Below, one piece after another: positions 10,506-29,586 of a stretch of DNA of 64,000 nucleotides. The position numbers were made by a program, and so were the translations under genes. The stretch's first letter is position 1. Each line of letters begins with the position of its first letter. Source of the stretch: a virus; UHGV virus genome UHGV-1351408; one strand, given 5' to 3'. The notes beneath the pieces were generated by a model, which was given only the letters and a program-made list of their open reading frames with translations, made no database searches and was not told the DNA's origin.

Positions 10506-10663
10506 AATCTAAGCAAACAATGACAGATGCAATCTTCACAGTACACAGTTTCGAAAGGTTGTGCATCAAAGATGCAAAGGATACCCCAAAATGCGTTGTG
10601 CATTTCATTAAAAGATGTAGCAACAGGTCTTATATGAAATCTGAAAAGGAAAGAGCAGAATGA
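10502..10663 (+). CDS. small hypothetical protein (53 aa)
   Basis: Manual ORF MKSKQTMTDAIFTVHSFERLC...; start/stop overlaps with neighbours. Confidence 0.25.
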   Translation: MKSKQTMTDAIFTVHSFERLCIKDAKDTPKCVVHFIKRCSNRSYMKSEKERAE

Positions 10664-10851
10664 ATAAAGAAGGTAAGAATAAGAATGCTGTACTTACTCC
10701 TGATGGGAAGGTTCAATCCTTCATCCTGACAGTTGGTGGAAAACCTTTTCGTTGCCACTGCGGAGCAAACTGCTTTCATAAACCGGATAAAAATGACTTA
10801 GAGCTTTACGCATGTAATGCTTGCAATACTTGGTATCACTCAGAGGAATAA
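10660..10851 (+). CDS. small zinc-ribbon protein
   Basis: 63 aa with CHCGANC ... CNACN motifs. Confidence 0.45.
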   Translation: MNKEGKNKNAVLTPDGKVQSFILTVGGKPFRCHCGANCFHKPDKNDLELYACNACNTWYHSEE

Positions 10852-10852
10852 A

Positions 10853-11956
10853 ATGACAATACTGTACAAACAAAATAAAGACGGCTCTTTTAACGTCTGG
10901 TCGTGTGTTGCTGTAGGTGACAAAGTTATTACAACCTACGGTAAAGAAAATGGCAAGATGATGTTTGAAGAGTATACAGCAGAACCTAAAAACATCGGTA
11001 AAAAGAATGAGCGTAACGCTGAACAGCAAGCTCTCTTTGAAGTTGCTGCAAAGTATAAAAAGCAAGTTGACCGTAAAGGTTATGCTTACACAAAAGAGTC
11101 TGCACAGAATACTGAGAAGGTAGGTGTACAGCTTGCTCATGATGCTGCAAAGGTTAGCCATGCAAAGTATCTGAAGTTCCCTGCTGATGCTCAACCGAAA
11201 CTTGATGGTGTCCGTTGTAGGATTTCAAGGCACTTGAGTATTGGCAGTGTATTTACAGCATATTCTCGTGAGAATACTGTTTACAAAATCCCTACTGAAC
11301 TAATACCTGACATTATGGCAATGTTAAGGCTCCACAAAGATGTTGATGAATTTGATGGAGAGATTTATGCTCATGGGTGGGACTTAGAAGATATCGTCTC
11401 CATGATTAAAAATGAAGATAATCCTGACAGACACTTGCTCAAGTTTTACTGGTACGATATCTGTGACAGTACTAAGACGTGGCCTGAGCGTAGAGATATT
11501 ATTGAGACTTCACCATTGAATGACTTCAGAGACGGCTGTAAAGTTGTACCTGTTAAGTCTCGTCGTGTGAACTCTTGGGAAGAGTTTGATGAAGCTCATG
11601 ATAAGTGGGTTGAAGCTAAGTTTGAAGGTGCAATGTACCGTTCAATCTCTGAAGAATCTTTCTACGAGTGTTGTCACCGTTCATACTTCTTGATTAAACA
11701 CAAGAAGATGCACACTGAAGAGTTTAAAGTGACTGGTGTCAAGACCGATAAACGTGGTCATGGCAAGTTCGTTGTAGAGACTCTTCCTAACGTCTTTGTA
11801 GATGTCTCATGGAAGACTACTCATGAGAAGAAACAGTATCTTGCTGAGCATCCTGAAGAGTTTATCGGGAAACCTTTAACGGTACAGTTCCAGAAGATGA
11901 CTCGTAAGGGTTCTTTACAGTTCCCTGTCGGACTAGTTATTAGGGATTATGAATAA
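10853..11956 (+). CDS. ATP-dependent DNA ligase
   Basis: Adenylation motif I AQPKLDGVRC (KxDG); start placed at MTILYK after GAGGA RBS. Confidence 0.8.
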   Translation: MTILYKQNKDGSFNVWSCVAVGDKVITTYGKENGKMMFEEYTAEPKNIGKKNERNAEQQALFEVAAKYKKQVDRKGYAYTKESAQNTEKVGVQLAHDAAKVSHAKYLKFPADAQPKLDGVRCRISRHLSIGSVFTAYSRENTVYKIPTELIPDIMAMLRLHKDVDEFDGEIYAHGWDLEDIVSMIKNEDNPDRHLLKFYWYDICDSTKTWPERRDIIETSPLNDFRDGCKVVPVKSRRVNSWEEFDEAHDKWVEAKFEGAMYRSISEESFYECCHRSYFLIKHKKMHTEEFKVTGVKTDKRGHGKFVVETLPNVFVDVSWKTTHEKKQYLAEHPEEFIGKPLTVQFQKMTRKGSLQFPVGLVIRDYE

Positions 11957-11966
11957 AAGTTGTTGA

Positions 11967-11995
11967 CATAGAAAATTTGGTGAGTATACTGAGCA
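11967..11995 (+). promoter_or_regulatory. sigma70-like promoter (TTGACA-16-TATACT)
   Basis: gTTGACAtagaaaatttggtgagTATACT directly after the ligase gene, firing into repeat region I. Confidence 0.4.
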
Positions 11996-12000
11996 GCATA

Positions 12001-12325
12001 AACCGACGGGTACTCACCAGCATCACTTAAGAGTCTTTTAAAAGGGTTTTTAAGTGATGTCTGGTAAAGTATGGTTCTGTCCGGTAATGCGATGTATGCT
12101 ATGGTTTGGTGTGGGTAGTTAGTCTCAGCTACATTAAAATGAGACTTACCTTTTTAAAAGGTCTTTAAGAGGGTCTTTTAATGAGGTGGGGTCTGGTTTG
12201 GTATGGTAATGCGAGGTATGGGTCAGGTGGGGTGAGGTGTAGTTAGGTCTGGTATGGGTGGATGGTAGTAGCCACATTAAAAATCTACCAAGTTTCTAAA
12301 GAGTCTTCTGTTGAGGGTTCTTTAC
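12001..12325. repeat. composite repeat region I: two ~140-bp units (palindromic or GTCTTT-box head, GT-rich GGTNNGG body, ACATTAAAA tail)
   Basis: 10-bp perfect inverted repeat CATCACTTAA/TTAAGTGATG at 12021-12059; GGGTC at 12171, 12188, 12220; units recur at 13426-13700. Confidence 0.6.
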
Positions 12326-12347
12326 AAACAACTTAACAATCAACTAA

Positions 12348-12953
<606 letters not shown>

Positions 12954-12955
12954 TT

Positions 12956-13396
12956 ATGAATACAAAAGCATTAGCAGCAAAGTTTAGTTACGGTGACACT
13001 GTATCACATTCTGAGATGGACACCTTCTTAGGTATTGTGAAGCCAACTTATCAAGGTGACATTGTTAAGTACGAAGATGAAATGAAGGCTTATGCACTTA
13101 CACGTCTAAACCGACTTGAGAAGTTTATTGAGAAACTTCTTAAAGAAGAGAAGATTTATCTGGTTGCTTCAATGGGTGTTGGTTATCGTGTGGTTGAACC
13201 TAAACATCAAGCAACTATTGCAAAACGTAAAATGTCTGGTAAGATTGGTCGTGCTTTAAAACAAGCCACTCAAGCAATTGAGAATGTGAACACTATGGCA
13301 CTTAGTCATCAAGAACGTTCACGACTGATTGAACAGCAAAACCATTTAGCTGCTATGAAAGCTAACATTAACAAGCAACGTAGAAAACCTTTCTAA
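12956..13396 (+). CDS. hypothetical protein
   Basis: 146 aa. Confidence 0.5.
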   Translation: MNTKALAAKFSYGDTVSHSEMDTFLGIVKPTYQGDIVKYEDEMKAYALTRLNRLEKFIEKLLKEEKIYLVASMGVGYRVVEPKHQATIAKRKMSGKIGRALKQATQAIENVNTMALSHQERSRLIEQQNHLAAMKANINKQRRKPF

Positions 13397-13405
13397 GTTG
13401 ACTAG

Positions 13406-13431
13406 GTAGCCTCTTCGGAGGCTCCTTTTTA
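13406..13431 (+). terminator. rho-independent terminator
   Basis: AGCCTC-TTCG-GAGGCT hairpin followed by CCTTTTT. Confidence 0.6.
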
Positions 13432-13700
13432 AAAGGTCTTTAAACAGGGTCTTTTAATGAGGTTTGTTATGGTCAGGTATGGTGTGGTGTTGTAAAGTTT
13501 GGTGCGGTCAGGTTAGGCTTGGTATGGGTAGTTAATCGAAACTACATAAAAATTCGATTACATCACTTAAGAGTCTTCTAAGAGGATTTTTAAGTGATGT
13601 CTAGTCAGGTATTGTCCGGTATGGCAAAGCATGGTTCGGTTCGGCAGGGCTTGGTATGGAAGGATGGTAGTAGCCTTATAAAAAATCTGCCAAATAAGCT
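13426..13700. repeat. composite repeat region II (same unit types as region I, reversed order)
   Basis: Head AAAAGGTCTTTAAACAGGGTCTTTTAATGAGGT; palindrome CATCACTTAA/TTAAGTGATG at 13561-13599; GT-rich body. Confidence 0.6.
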
Positions 13701-13783
13701 ATAAAATCTGTTGACAAGTCAGGTGTTATAGCTTATTTTTATACTCAATGTAATACAAAATTTAATATAACTTTGAGGTCATT

Positions 13784-14167
13784 ATGAAAAAGATTTTATT
13801 AGCTGCTGCAATGGTTATGGCAATGAATTTACCAGTCAATGCAACAGAACTCCCAAATGTGGACTTATCAGGTGTTTCAGAAGACACTTGCCAGATTGTT
13901 AAAGGTGTTGCTCTAGCTAATGGTGAGCTACTTAAACCAATCTCTGAAGAGTCTTTGACAGAGATGACTGATAAGGTAACTGACTATCAATATCGCGTTC
14001 TTGCAGAGTATTTCCTGCAATCTGCAAATATTAAAGAGAAGCACCATGATGATATTGATGTACAGGCTATGCTCAATCATCGTATTCAGTTTAAAGAAGA
14101 TTTGATGCAAAAAGCTATGTATGGTGTTGAGTATTTCTTAGAAAACAGAAGCTGCACAGGTATTTGA
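13784..14167 (+). CDS. secreted or periplasmic hypothetical protein
   Basis: 127 aa; N-terminal signal-peptide-like MKKILLAAAMVMAMNLPVNA. Confidence 0.5.
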   Translation: MKKILLAAAMVMAMNLPVNATELPNVDLSGVSEDTCQIVKGVALANGELLKPISEESLTEMTDKVTDYQYRVLAEYFLQSANIKEKHHDDIDVQAMLNHRIQFKEDLMQKAMYGVEYFLENRSCTGI

Positions 14168-14168
14168 T

Positions 14169-14381
14169 ATGGCTCTTAAAAAGTTACATCCCCGAAGCGG
14201 TTATGGTAAGATAATTGACGATACAGATGGCTTTACAGTCTTTACAGTTATCTGTCAAGATGATTCACAGATTGAAAAGGCTCTTGATGATTACCTTAAC
14301 GATGAACGTGAAAAGGTTAGAGCTACAAACATAGATTCATTGATTGACACTTCACGTAAACGGAAGAAGAAAGATGAATGA
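14169..14381 (+). CDS. hypothetical protein
   Basis: 70 aa. Confidence 0.4.
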   Translation: MALKKLHPRSGYGKIIDDTDGFTVFTVICQDDSQIEKALDDYLNDEREKVRATNIDSLIDTSRKRKKKDE

Positions 14382-14673
14382 AGTTTTTGACCCTTATGCT
14401 CCACAAGATGATTGGGAGGCTGACAGAGAGGCTGAAATGGAGAGTTATGTTTGTCCAATGGATGTAGACGAAATGAGAGACTTCGTTGCACACCGTTTTA
14501 AGAAAGAGATTAAATCCAGAGGTCTTTCTCAAGAGCAAGTTGCTAAAATTTGTGGTATCTCTCAGGCTCGCGTATCCAACATAATTAATCTCACTGGTAA
14601 TGTCTCTCTTGAGTTTATGTTGGAAGTATGTGAAAAATTTGGTGTTAATTTTAATTTAAGGCTGGCAGATTAA
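14374..14673 (+). CDS. helix-turn-helix DNA-binding protein (XRE-like)
   Basis: ORF 14344-14673; start at MNEVF; HTH-like QEQVAKICGISQARVSNI. Confidence 0.45.
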   Translation: MNEVFDPYAPQDDWEADREAEMESYVCPMDVDEMRDFVAHRFKKEIKSRGLSQEQVAKICGISQARVSNIINLTGNVSLEFMLEVCEKFGVNFNLRLAD

Positions 14674-14674
14674 T

Positions 14675-15034
14675 ATGAAACGTGAAAACATTATCCACTC
14701 TGAAAACTTCGCATTAGGTTTTTATGGTGTACCGACTCACCTTGAAAAGTATTATGGTGTGAAGATTCTTTCCAATCTCATTATGGCTTACAAAGATGGT
14801 AAGATTAAGCATACTGAGAAGAAACGTGTCATGGGTTATATGGCTGTAGGTTCAGCAATCTCAAACATTAAGCTGGAAACAACTAGCAGCCAGATTGTGA
14901 AAGACCACTTCATCAAAGAGCTTTACCAGAATCTTGACGGTGTAGATGTTCAGGCTGTTTGGTTGGATGTTGATGGTCACAACTACACAAGTTTTGTTTT
15001 CAAAAATGATGACATTAAGTGTCTGTTCCCATAA
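14675..15034 (+). CDS. hypothetical protein
   Basis: 119 aa. Confidence 0.5.
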   Translation: MKRENIIHSENFALGFYGVPTHLEKYYGVKILSNLIMAYKDGKIKHTEKKRVMGYMAVGSAISNIKLETTSSQIVKDHFIKELYQNLDGVDVQAVWLDVDGHNYTSFVFKNDDIKCLFP

Positions 15035-15047
15035 TAGGTGATTAACT

Positions 15048-15563
15048 ATGATTGATATCTACTTACAAGATGCTCATGCAGACTTCCTTAAAGTGATGCT
15101 TAAAAAGTTTATGGCTTCACAGTATGAGAATGAAGCATCTTTTAAAATAGTTACATGTGGCGACGAAGCTGGTTTTGTTGAGATTGAACATGAAGGTACT
15201 GGAAAGACTGTTTGTAAGTTACCTGATAGCATGTTCTCTCCTGTGTTCTTAACAAAGACTAGTATAAATGTTAAGCTTGTACCTCAGATTGAAACATACT
15301 CTGGTACAGATTACCCTAAAGGCTTTAAGTCACTGATGAAGTACTTCTTAGATGACTTTGTGAGTAATCTTCTGAGAGAGGTAAAAGAAAGCCGCACAGT
15401 GTTGACTGTAGAGAATATGGGTGGCGCTATTAGAGTTACTTCTGACTGCTTTGTTATGAGCCTCTTCGACTTCGTTCCTAAGAACTTTGATGGTATTCTG
15501 GATGAAGAAGATGATTGTGTAGACTTTATATTGGTTCTTGAACCAGTTTTTGAGGTTAAATAA
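15048..15563 (+). CDS. hypothetical protein
   Basis: 171 aa. Confidence 0.5.
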   Translation: MIDIYLQDAHADFLKVMLKKFMASQYENEASFKIVTCGDEAGFVEIEHEGTGKTVCKLPDSMFSPVFLTKTSINVKLVPQIETYSGTDYPKGFKSLMKYFLDDFVSNLLREVKESRTVLTVENMGGAIRVTSDCFVMSLFDFVPKNFDGILDEEDDCVDFILVLEPVFEVK

Positions 15564-15824
15564 ATGAAAATTGAACACTGTTATGAGTCTGATGGGACAC
15601 CTATCCGATGCCCACATTGTGGATGTACAGACTTGCAAGGTGAAGTTCATGTGATTGTTAATGGTAACATAGCTGAAGAGAGTACTACATGTGTTGGTTG
15701 CGGTGAGCATCTATCATTCTGGGCTTATGGTTCATACCAACCTACACCACACTTAATCTACCACAGCAATAAAGCTGTGAAGAGTGTTATCAACTGGTTC
15801 ATTAATAAAGGGTTTATAAAATGA
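15564..15824 (+). CDS. zinc-ribbon hypothetical protein
   Basis: 86 aa; CPHCGC ... CVGCGEH. Confidence 0.45.
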   Translation: MKIEHCYESDGTPIRCPHCGCTDLQGEVHVIVNGNIAEESTTCVGCGEHLSFWAYGSYQPTPHLIYHSNKAVKSVINWFINKGFIK

Positions 15825-16366
15825 TTAAATTAATCTTCGCAAGTGGTGAAAATGGTGAATTTGGTACTCCAACTGGTATGCCGTGGCCTCGACATAAACA
15901 GGATATGCAAGAGTTTAAGAGGCTCACTAAAAACAACTTAGTAGTGATGGGTAATGAGACTTTTAAGACTCTGGGGAGTAAACCTTTACCAGAACGTGCA
16001 AACCTAATCTTAACAAATTCTGTACCATATTTAGGCATAGACTTTGGCAAAGATGATATAATGTATGCTAAGGCCACTAAAGAGTCATTTGGAGCATTTT
16101 TGAAGTATCTTGATAGCTCTATTGATGAAGATGTCTTTGTAATTGGTGGTGCAGGTGTTCTTGTTAATGCTTTACCGTATGCTGATGTAGTGTTCCATAC
16201 AGTTTTCCATAAAGTTACTGAAGAGGTCACTGTGTATTTACCTTTTGAAAACTTCTTCGATAAACTGTATGATAACCGTGTATTTGCAAAGGTGCAGTCA
16301 AGACCCTCAGATGATGGTAAAGCAACCTTTGAAATCTATGTTCCACAAGTAAAAGGCCACTTTTGA
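15821..16366 (+). CDS. dihydrofolate reductase
   Basis: N-terminus GTPTGMPW...VVMGNETFKTLG...PLPERANLILT matches the DHFR fold signature; immediately upstream of thymidylate synthase. Confidence 0.75.
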   Translation: MIKLIFASGENGEFGTPTGMPWPRHKQDMQEFKRLTKNNLVVMGNETFKTLGSKPLPERANLILTNSVPYLGIDFGKDDIMYAKATKESFGAFLKYLDSSIDEDVFVIGGAGVLVNALPYADVVFHTVFHKVTEEVTVYLPFENFFDKLYDNRVFAKVQSRPSDDGKATFEIYVPQVKGHF

Positions 16367-16367
16367 T

Positions 16368-17267
16368 ATGTCACAAGCTGATTTGAGTTACAAAAATATC
16401 CTGAACCATGTTTTATCCGTTGGTGAACTGCGTACTACACGAACTGGAGATGTTATCTCTGCATTTGCTCCACCACAATTTCGTTTTGATATGCGTACTG
16501 GTTTCCCACTCTTAACATCTAAACAGGTGTTTACACGGCAAGTTATTGGGGAAGCTTTATGGTTCCTGAATGGTGAGAATAAACTTGGTGAACTTCGTTA
16601 CCGTACTTGGGGTGAAAATGATGGGGAACGCTGGACTATCTGGTCAGATGATTTTAAACGCTGGTTGAGTTCTAATTATTCTTCTGAACAAGACTGGTTA
16701 GAGGATGCAGGTGGGAGAATCTACGGAGTTCAGTGGAGAAACTTTGAAGGTCATAATGGTTGTGTTGTAGACCAGTTAGAAACCTTAGTAACGAAGATGA
16801 AGGGTGATATCACAGACCGTTACATGCTTGTTAATGCTTGGAATGCAGCAGATATTGCAGCAAACTCAATGGCTCTAGCACCTTGTCATGTTCTGTTTCA
16901 GATTTATATTACTAACGAGGGTGAAGTTGACTTACAATGGTATCAGCGTTCAGTAGACACCTTTTTAGGACTTCCGTTTAATATTGCATCTTATGGTTTT
17001 ATTCTGGAAGTTCTTTGTAAGATGACTGGATACACTCCACGGTACTTGATAGGTGTCTTTGGGGATACTCAGATTTATCAGAATCATATGAAGCAGGTTT
17101 ATGAACTGATGAACAATGAAGAGTTCCATGCACCAACTTTTGAGATTGGTATCCCACTTAACACTTTAAGTGACTTAAAACACCTCACTGCAAGTGACTT
17201 TATCGGTGGTATTAACAATTACCAACATGCAGGAAAGATTGAAGCACCTTTGTCAGTAGGTAAATAA
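16368..17267 (+). CDS. thymidylate synthase (ThyA-type)
   Basis: Active-site region MALAPCH and QRSVDTFLGLPFNIASY. Confidence 0.85.
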   Translation: MSQADLSYKNILNHVLSVGELRTTRTGDVISAFAPPQFRFDMRTGFPLLTSKQVFTRQVIGEALWFLNGENKLGELRYRTWGENDGERWTIWSDDFKRWLSSNYSSEQDWLEDAGGRIYGVQWRNFEGHNGCVVDQLETLVTKMKGDITDRYMLVNAWNAADIAANSMALAPCHVLFQIYITNEGEVDLQWYQRSVDTFLGLPFNIASYGFILEVLCKMTGYTPRYLIGVFGDTQIYQNHMKQVYELMNNEEFHAPTFEIGIPLNTLSDLKHLTASDFIGGINNYQHAGKIEAPLSVGK

Positions 17268-17270
17268 AAC

Positions 17271-17300
17271 AAAAAAGGCTCCCGTAAAAAGGAGCCTTAA
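17271..17300. terminator. convergent terminator hairpin
   Basis: AAAAAA-GGCTCC-CGTAAAAA-GGAGCC between the converging thymidylate synthase and 17304-17675 genes; strong T-run on the minus strand. Confidence 0.55.
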
Positions 17301-17303
17301 ACT

Positions 17304-17675
17304 TTACTTTTCAGTATTCTTTGTGTTCTTTTCAGTAATAGCTTGGAGGGCTGATACTGATTGAGCCAGATTGTTCACACTATCAGAGAATTTATCAAGA
17401 GTCTTAGTAAGTTTTGCGTTCTCACCCTTAACATTCTCTAACTGGACTTTCTGGTTCTCCATCCCTAGCTGAAGCAGCCTCATATCAGACTGTAAATCAC
17501 GAATAGCTGAATAATTACTTTTGGAATAATTATCTAACTGCTGTAACTTTGTTGTGATAGACACTTCTTGCTTACCATCCGAGACTTGCATGGTGGTATA
17601 CATACCAATAACACTAAAAATACCAACTACAATTGCACCAATATTATTTTTAAAAGCTTCCTCTAGCCACTTCAT
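17304..17675 (-). CDS. membrane-anchored coiled-coil protein (possible i-spanin-like)
   Basis: 123 aa; N-terminal TM segment IGAIVVGIFSVIGMY then coiled-coil region. Confidence 0.45.
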   Translation of the reverse strand: MKWLEEAFKNNIGAIVVGIFSVIGMYTTMQVSDGKQEVSITTKLQQLDNYSKSNYSAIRDLQSDMRLLQLGMENQKVQLENVKGENAKLTKTLDKFSDSVNNLAQSVSALQAITEKNTKNTEK

Positions 17676-17869
17676 TTATTCTCCCCCTTAAAAGCTTTTT
17701 CTAAGTTATCTACGAACTCATCATCAATAGGTGTGTCTGTTTTACTCGCAAGGTATCTTGCAAGCCTAAAGAACACTTTCTCAATCATGTATTCACTTAG
17801 AAGGGATAAAATGAGTTTCCAGAAGAAGCTACCTAGATTTTTTAGAAGAATTGCTAGGATTGTAGGCAT
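17672..17869 (-). CDS. small membrane protein
   Basis: 65 aa, hydrophobic N-terminus. Confidence 0.4.
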   Translation of the reverse strand: MPTILAILLKNLGSFFWKLILSLLSEYMIEKVFFRLARYLASKTDTPIDDEFVDNLEKAFKGENK

Positions 17870-17948
17870 TTAATCACCTCATCAGCCAAGATGGTGAGAA
17901 TACCCATAAAAAATATTAACACCATCTTAACAATCAGTCAACAAGGGA

Positions 17949-20333
17949 TTAAGCAGTTCTTACCCAAGCCATTAACTTGTAGAACTGGTTAGTAACACTA
18001 AATGCCGAACCAGAACCTGTACTACCAGTATTACCACTAACTGTGTGGCTGTGAGCACCAATGCCTACAGAGTGGGAATGGTTACCAGCACCACTTGTAG
18101 TACCAGACCATGTGTGTGTATGGTTACCAGTTGTGTTAGTGTTAGGGAACTTGTTATCAGTTCTGTCAAGCCAGTCAAGAGTTCTTGTCTTATTGTTACC
18201 AATAGTGGTATATCCGTACTGAGCATCACCACCATTAACCAATAGCAGACCTAAGTGGTGAGCGTGGTTACCAGCAGCACTTGTTGTACCACTTACAGAG
18301 TGAGTATGACCACCAGTGCTATTAGTACCCTTCGTACCATAATCAAAAGATGAAGTGGTAGCAGAGAAACTGTGAGTGTGTGATGGTAAGTTACCAACAG
18401 CTAACGTTACAGAATCTGAACCACCAGTTGTAGCAACATCTGAACCATTTGCTGCTGCGATTCTGATAGTTCTACCAACACCATTGTTCAGGTATGTCCA
18501 AGTTAGACCAGGAAGTGCTGTATTAGGGTTAACATTACTGTTAAACCACGTTACAATACCAACTGGGTAGATTTTATTAAGGTCTGTAGAGTCACTTACT
18601 GCCTGTGCAATCTTCTGGTCAGTCTCAGCTTTAGTGTATGCACCGATATCTGAAGGGGTTGGTTTAAAATCAGTTGTGTAAAGCTGTGCCTCTCCGGCAT
18701 AGTCACCATTTTTGTCATAGGCATAGGTGAATGTTGCCAAACCATTTGAACCGTATACAAAAGAGATACCCCTTGCATGTGCAGCAGACTTATTAGAGTG
18801 AGCAACATGAATTGCCAACTCTTTCAGACCACTAGTCACACTGTTGTTTCTGACAAAACCTGAATACCCAAGATTAAATGCTGAAGGGTTTTCAAGATTA
18901 TCTACAGATACAGTCATCAAGGATTGATTTAATAACTGAGTCTTAACAAAGTATCTAGCATCTAAGTTAGACCAATCAGATGGCTGAACTTGACCAGTAA
19001 TGGTTAGATTCTTATTAGCCTTAATCACTGAAGTCCCAAGAGTAATTTGAGTGCCAGAGAAACTATTGTTTAAGGCTACATCAGTAGAATTTGTGCCACC
19101 CACACCTACCCACCATCTAGATACATTCGCAGTATCAACACCACGGATATATTGTGGCTGCCCCTGTGTTAAGTTCCTTAATACTACGCCTTCATTATTT
19201 GATACAATAGTTTGCACATTCACAAATGTGTTAGCAACATTAAGTTTAGGTAGGTTACTCAAAGTTGCGGCTGGGATGTATCTAGAGTCAATGTTAGCCC
19301 AATCTGAAGGTTGAACTTGACCACCAATTTGGACTGTTCTGCTCATGGTAATGGTGTTACCTAGTGAGATTTGTGTTCTTGCTAAATAGTTATAGATGTT
19401 TACAATGTTCTCATCACCGTCATTACCAATGTACCACTTATTAGTTCCATCTGATTTTCTTGCTTGGATATACAAAGCAGCAGTTGTATCTACATTTTGC
19501 AGAGTAATAGCATTAGCATTCTTCTTAACAACAAAATTAGTGAAAATATTAGAGCCACTAAATGTGTTATTACCAGCTAACTGTGCAAATCTCTGGTTAG
19601 CTTCTGTTTGAGTAAAATATCTAGCATCCAAGTTAGCAAAACTTGATGGCTGAACTTGACCAGCAATTTGAAGAGTCCTGTTGACTGTTACTAAATTTCC
19701 CAAAATAGCAATTGAAACGTCAGTCTTGACATTCTTTAACACAAGGTTGTCTGTGCCTTTATTATCATTACCTAGATACCACCTGTTAGTACCGTCTGCA
19801 TCTTGACCACGAATATATAGCGGCATTCCTTGTGTAATGTTCTTAACAATAAGAGCTTCATTATCAGAGAGGATAGCTTGAGTACCTCTAAATGTGTTAT
19901 TTACAGCTAATCTTGCATATCTTGCATCATTCTCTTCATTAGTTCTCATCCCAAGTTCATTAGGACTTGGTTTATTCAGAGTATGGTAAACAGTTGCTGA
20001 CCTTGAAGCATCTGCAATAGTTAGCTTAAGACCATTTGAGTTGATTTTAAAAGACTTTAAAACATCTCCGATATTAATCTCAGAAGAGCCTGTTGGGTCA
20101 AATACTGTCTTACCACCATAAAGTAACTTAACAATTCCTAAGTCACCTGCCATAGTGCTACCAGCAATCTGAACAAATCTCTCAAGTTTAAAAGATGCTA
20201 AGAAGTCTTGATAGGTCATTCGACGGTCTTCATCACCCAGCATTTCAGGTCTCTTTTTAACTCTGACATGAAGAAGGTCATCTGAACGGATTGTGTCGAT
20301 TGAGTTTAATTCACTCAACTTGTAATCTGCCAT
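17949..20333 (-). CDS. tail fiber protein with internal repeats and C-terminal HxH motifs
   Basis: 794 aa; repeated ~100-aa units ([14 protein letters not shown]); C-terminal HTHSFS / GGHTHS / GNHAHH / GNHSHS. Confidence 0.7.
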   Translation of the reverse strand: MADYKLSELNSIDTIRSDDLLHVRVKKRPEMLGDEDRRMTYQDFLASFKLERFVQIAGSTMAGDLGIVKLLYGGKTVFDPTGSSEINIGDVLKSFKINSNGLKLTIADASRSATVYHTLNKPSPNELGMRTNEENDARYARLAVNNTFRGTQAILSDNEALIVKNITQGMPLYIRGQDADGTNRWYLGNDNKGTDNLVLKNVKTDVSIAILGNLVTVNRTLQIAGQVQPSSFANLDARYFTQTEANQRFAQLAGNNTFSGSNIFTNFVVKKNANAITLQNVDTTAALYIQARKSDGTNKWYIGNDGDENIVNIYNYLARTQISLGNTITMSRTVQIGGQVQPSDWANIDSRYIPAATLSNLPKLNVANTFVNVQTIVSNNEGVVLRNLTQGQPQYIRGVDTANVSRWWVGVGGTNSTDVALNNSFSGTQITLGTSVIKANKNLTITGQVQPSDWSNLDARYFVKTQLLNQSLMTVSVDNLENPSAFNLGYSGFVRNNSVTSGLKELAIHVAHSNKSAAHARGISFVYGSNGLATFTYAYDKNGDYAGEAQLYTTDFKPTPSDIGAYTKAETDQKIAQAVSDSTDLNKIYPVGIVTWFNSNVNPNTALPGLTWTYLNNGVGRTIRIAAANGSDVATTGGSDSVTLAVGNLPSHTHSFSATTSSFDYGTKGTNSTGGHTHSVSGTTSAAGNHAHHLGLLLVNGGDAQYGYTTIGNNKTRTLDWLDRTDNKFPNTNTTGNHTHTWSGTTSGAGNHSHSVGIGAHSHTVSGNTGSTGSGSAFSVTNQFYKLMAWVRTA

Positions 20334-20379
20334 TATAAATTTTCCTCTTAAAAGGGGCTATAAAGCCCCTGTAAAGAAA

Positions 20380-21567
20380 TTAAGCTGTTCTCTGCCATAC
20401 ATACAGTACGAATGATGGCTGCTCAATGTTGAAAGCTTGTCCACCACCAACACTGTTAGTGTTTCCGCTATGTGTATGCTCAGAAGAAGAAACTGTCACA
20501 GTACCGTTGTGTGTATGTGAACCAATACCAACTGTATGGCTATGAGCACCAATACCCACTGTGTGATTGTGGTTACCGGTTGTGTTAGTGGTAACGCTAA
20601 AAGAGTGGGTGTGCGAACCAGCGACTTCGCAGACAGCATCTGCTGAGTACCACGATTGGTCATTCCTTGTAGACCAAACCATTGCAGGTCTTTCCGACAG
20701 ACCACCACCTGCTTCATAAGTCAATCTGTGGTTGTGAGCACCAGCAGCACTTGTTGACCCACTACCAACGTGATTGTGGTTACCAGTTGTGTTAGTGGTC
20801 TTTGTTCCATAGTCAAAAGAGTTGGTAGTCTTAGTTCCATAGTCAAAAGCTGAGATTGAAACAGTTGCATTATGAGTGTGACCACCACCACTGAGAGACA
20901 CAGAGTGTGAGTGTTGAGGCATATTATTAACTGACAAAGTGACAGTTGAAGCACCAAATACAGAACCTGCTGGCCTTGTATCAGAGTCATAACCAACCAA
21001 TGCCCTACCTTTTGAAACTAACTCCCAAGTACCTCCACAAATTAAGTATGTAGAAGGATTTGCAGAGTTCATAGAAAGATGGATAGTACCTACTGGATAA
21101 GAAGCCTGAACAGCCTTGTACAAGTTATTTACTGCTCTTGCTGTAGCATACTTATCTGCATCTTCGTTATACAGATTAGATGTTGTCCAGTTCTGGACAT
21201 TACTTAAACCAACCTGTGCCTTAGTTGTATTGTGTGGGTTACTCTTGTCCTTAATATGTTGCTGAACAAGGTTATTAACCTCTTCTGAAGACATAATCTG
21301 TAGATTTGCTCTTGCCTCAGCTACATTAACAATATCTGATAAGTTATTTGCAGCAACTAACTGAAGAGCATTAATAACATTATCTAAACCAATTTGTGTC
21401 TTAGTAACACCATGAGGGTTATTTTTTAGGCTTGAGTGTGGAGCAAGTAATTGCTCAAGAGTACATCTCTTATCCTCAATACCCTGCTTAAGATGGAAGA
21501 TATCACTAAGGTCAATTGGTAAGGCTGCTTGAGGCAAGGCACTAATTTGAATTTCACCTACTGCCAT
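20380..21567 (-). CDS. tail fiber protein (HxH-repeat paralog)
   Basis: 395 aa; HSHSVS, GGHTHN, GNHNH, GSHTHS motifs; DNA segments shared with 17949-20333. Confidence 0.65.
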   Translation of the reverse strand: MAVGEIQISALPQAALPIDLSDIFHLKQGIEDKRCTLEQLLAPHSSLKNNPHGVTKTQIGLDNVINALQLVAANNLSDIVNVAEARANLQIMSSEEVNNLVQQHIKDKSNPHNTTKAQVGLSNVQNWTTSNLYNEDADKYATARAVNNLYKAVQASYPVGTIHLSMNSANPSTYLICGGTWELVSKGRALVGYDSDTRPAGSVFGASTVTLSVNNMPQHSHSVSLSGGGHTHNATVSISAFDYGTKTTNSFDYGTKTTNTTGNHNHVGSGSTSAAGAHNHRLTYEAGGGLSERPAMVWSTRNDQSWYSADAVCEVAGSHTHSFSVTTNTTGNHNHTVGIGAHSHTVGIGSHTHNGTVTVSSSEHTHSGNTNSVGGGQAFNIEQPSFVLYVWQRTA

Positions 21568-21569
21568 TA

Positions 21570-29585
<8,016 letters not shown>

Positions 29586-29586
<1 letters not shown>

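Noticed and set aside
12001-12325. GT-rich repeats as Chi sites
   Set aside because: No exact GCTGGTGG octamer; GGTGG-like matches are part of the broader GGTNNGG heptamer family.
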